Assembly: GCA_031374985.1 (NCBI GenBank)
Contig: JANMHD010000060.1
Location: 1 to 39,023 of the forward strand
Direction of reading: 5' to 3'
DNA from: Coleofasciculaceae cyanobacterium OTE_70_metabat_329
GTDB taxonomy: Bacteria; Cyanobacteriota; Cyanobacteriia; Cyanobacteriales; JAAUUE01
Length of the DNA: 39,023 nt
Shown: positions 36,637 through 39,023 of the stretch, one piece after another
Layout: every line of letters begins with the position of its first letter
Numbering within the stretch: the first letter of the stretch is position 1
Notes under the pieces: model-generated
Told to the model about the DNA's origin: nothing
Seen by the model: only the letters and a program-made list of their open reading frames with translations
Database searches by the model: none
Program-made: the position numbers and the translations under genes

Positions 36637-38331
36637 CTAGGAACTAAGTTTAAATGCTTCGGCGATCGCCCCCAAGGCCAGCACAGGTAAAAACGTTAAA
36701 GCGCCTAAAATTAGAATTACTCCCCCTGTAACCGCAGTAAACAACAAACTATCAGTTCTTAGGGTTCCGGTAGTTTCTGGTACTGGTTGTTTTTTTCTCA
36801 TACCATCCGCTAATAACAGCAAGGCAGTGATAGGAATATAACGTCCTGCCAAGAGAACTACACTACAGCTTAGATTCCACCATAAACCTGTCGGGGCGGG
36901 CTGACTATCGACTAATCCTTCAAGCCCGGAACCATTGTTTGCTGCCGCTGAGGCATACTCATAAACAACTTGGGATAGTCCATGAAATCCGGGGTTACTA
37001 ATTCCGGCCAACTGTTCTGGGAAAGCTAGGGTAATTGCTGAGGGAATGAGGATGACGATCGGATGCACCAGCAAGATAATACTCGCTAAAGCAATCTCTG
37101 GTCTTTCGATTTTTCTGCCAAAGATTTCTGGTGTTCTGCCCACCATTAATCCAGTTAAGAAGACAGTCAAGATTAAGTAAATAAACAAGTAGGAAGTACC
37201 TGTACCTTGACCGCCCCAAATTATCTGTAAAAACAGATTAAATAGGGTAATAAAACCTCCGGGAGGCATAAAGGAATCTAAAAGAGAATTAACGGCTCCC
37301 GTCATAGTTCCGGTGGCAGTAACTGCAAACAAAGCCGATTGCGCCCAACCGAAGCGGACTTCCTTTCCTTCTAGATTTGCCAAGGTATTCCCTACAGCTT
37401 GATTAACTAAAGGATTTCCGGCAAATTCTCCCCAAGCTGTAATTCCAATCATCACTACATAGATGATAAAAATCAACCCAAAGAGTAGCCAACCTTGTTT
37501 TTTGTTCCCAGTGAAAATGCCATAGGTAATAATTAACGAGGTCGGAATACATAGCATTGCAATGGTTTCGATTAAGTTAGTTAAACCATTTGGATTTTCG
37601 TAGGGATGAGCCGAGTTAACGGCAAAGAAGCCGCCACCATTTTCTCCTAGCTCTTTAATAATTTCAAAGTGGGCAACAGGCCCCGTTGCGATCGCTTGAG
37701 TTACGCCTTCTAAGGTTTGCACTACTACTGGAGCCGCTAGAGTTTCAGGAACTCCCGCCAAGAGTAAAACCACCGCCCCGACAATACTTATGGGGAGTAA
37801 AATACGAGTGATAGACCTGGTGACATCAACATAAAAATTGCCCAAGGGTCGACCAGTCAAGCCCCGGATGAAGGCGATTCCTACCGCTAATCCCGTAGCT
37901 GCAGAGGTGAAAAAGAAAAATCCCAACCCCAACATCTGGCTACCATAACTAAAGGTAGTTTCGCTACCATAATGTTGCTGATTAGTGTTAGTAATAAAAG
38001 AAATTACAGTATGCAGAATAGTGTCCCAAGAAGGGGCTGCTAATCTTGTGGGATTTAGAGGCAGACTGCCTTGTAATGCAAACAAGATGGATACAAAAAT
38101 AACCATGATCAAATTGCTGTATAGAACAGCCCGAATATATTGCCATCCAATCATTTCTGTCTCTGCACGGATTCCCATAATCCGGTACAGGGCTTTTTCT
38201 GGAGGGGCGGCAATGCGATCGAGGATAGTAGACTTATCCAAAAAGACATTAGCTATATAGTTACTAAAAAACGGAACAATGATCACAACAATAGCTAAGG
38301 TAATAGCTATCTGCAATAAACCTTGAGACAT
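36637..38331 (-). CDS. kdpA: Potassium-transporting ATPase subunit A
   Basis: 564 aa polytopic membrane protein with KdpA-typical selectivity-filter-like blocks ([30 protein letters not shown]). Confidence 0.95.
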   Translation of the reverse strand: MSQGLLQIAITLAIVVIIVPFFSNYIANVFLDKSTILDRIAAPPEKALYRIMGIRAETEMIGWQYIRAVLYSNLIMVIFVSILFALQGSLPLNPTRLAAPSWDTILHTVISFITNTNQQHYGSETTFSYGSQMLGLGFFFFTSAATGLAVGIAFIRGLTGRPLGNFYVDVTRSITRILLPISIVGAVVLLLAGVPETLAAPVVVQTLEGVTQAIATGPVAHFEIIKELGENGGGFFAVNSAHPYENPNGLTNLIETIAMLCIPTSLIITYGIFTGNKKQGWLLFGLIFIIYVVMIGITAWGEFAGNPLVNQAVGNTLANLEGKEVRFGWAQSALFAVTATGTMTGAVNSLLDSFMPPGGFITLFNLFLQIIWGGQGTGTSYLFIYLILTVFLTGLMVGRTPEIFGRKIERPEIALASIILLVHPIVILIPSAITLAFPEQLAGISNPGFHGLSQVVYEYASAAANNGSGLEGLVDSQPAPTGLWWNLSCSVVLLAGRYIPITALLLLADGMRKKQPVPETTGTLRTDSLLFTAVTGGVILILGALTFLPVLALGAIAEAFKLSS

Positions 38332-38698
38332 TTAAATTTGCCTAGGATTTTGTTACCCTAAAAGCCGGACAAAACCCAATGCTTTTCATTAAAATATTCT
38401 TGTATTTTTACCAGTTCTTACTAAGAATTTTGTTTAATCAATTGGGTTTTCCATGAAAAAACTAATCAAATTCCTTGCCTTGATTTTTCTCTTTTAGGTC
38501 TAGAGTCTTAACTCTAATAGGGAATAACTTTAGCATAAATACTTTAAAAAAACATCTTCAAGAAAATATTTTTCTGGATAGATTAATCTCTATCAAAGTT
38601 AGCTACTGCATAGATTAAAGTCTACTATAACAATATAACTGTCGCCTAGCAGGTTATAGCAATTGACAAGAAGATTATGGGGTGGAAATCTCTGAAAA

Positions 38699-38718
38699 CA
38701 AGGGGTTTAAGCTCCTTG
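38699..38718. repeat. Degenerate copy of the CAAGGGGCTTAAGCCCCTTG module
   Basis: CAAGGGGTTTAAGCTCCTTG has two asymmetric substitutions relative to 25127-25146. It is flanked by AACAAG...CTTGTT. Confidence 0.6.
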
Positions 38719-38878
38719 CTTGTTCTAAGCATAAGGGCGAGTGCCATAGATTAAACTCTATAATCTTAATAGTAAAAACTCTATGAACAACCCTTCTAAA
38801 ATCGGTAAATAGCCATAAAAAAGGCTCTAGATAAACTAAAGCCTCAGTAAACTTAGATTGAATTAAGAAAATAGAAAA

Positions 38879-39022
<144 letters not shown>

Positions 39023-39023
39023 A

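Noticed and set aside
38819-38848. Terminator hairpin downstream of psbD (AGGCT...AGCCT followed by a T-run on the minus strand)
   Set aside because: The stem is only 5 bp with a ~13-nt loop. This is too weak to annotate as a terminator, although the T-run is present.

Overview
Cyanobacterial chromosomal segment. The evidence is the split rpoC1/rpoC2, ndhO, a psbD 3' end, and the HIP1 octamer GCGATCGC scattered throughout. GC is low-to-mid 40s % by eye. Content is mostly housekeeping. On the minus strand: the rpoB-rpoC1-rpoC2 operon (362-9942), a malic enzyme, a LOV-type histidine kinase, birA, a class A PBP, a lumenal cyclophilin, and a kdpA-(Uma2)-kdpB-kdpF/G-kdpC-kdpD(N-terminal only) operon (31535-38331). 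On the plus strand: small conserved cyanobacterial genes (ndhO, a SAM methyltransferase, glutaredoxin, DUF-type proteins, a WG-repeat protein). I saw no rRNA, tRNA, CRISPR array, prophage or recognisable defence island. I corrected several ORF-track starts that are TTG/GTG read-throughs to the first ATG. The unexplained structure is in the non-coding DNA. (1) Three intercistronic spacers (rpoC1/rpoC2, rpoB/rpoC1, DUF4112/birA) are each bracketed by inverted arrays of a 10-nt repeat. On the mRNA a GGAGG (SD-like) array starts right at the upstream stop codon, and a CCUCC (anti-SD-like) array ends 9-35 nt before the downstream AUG. I know of no described element with this layout and rank it the best candidate for something new. 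(2) An intact Uma2 (PD-(D/E)XK fold) gene is wedged between kdpA and kdpB with 11-12 nt gaps, and a paralog lies at 15.4 kb. (3) There are at least two MITE-like families and a dispersed 20-bp palindromic module. (4) Every kdp intercistronic gap carries its own GC hairpin. All functional interpretations are inference from sequence reading only.
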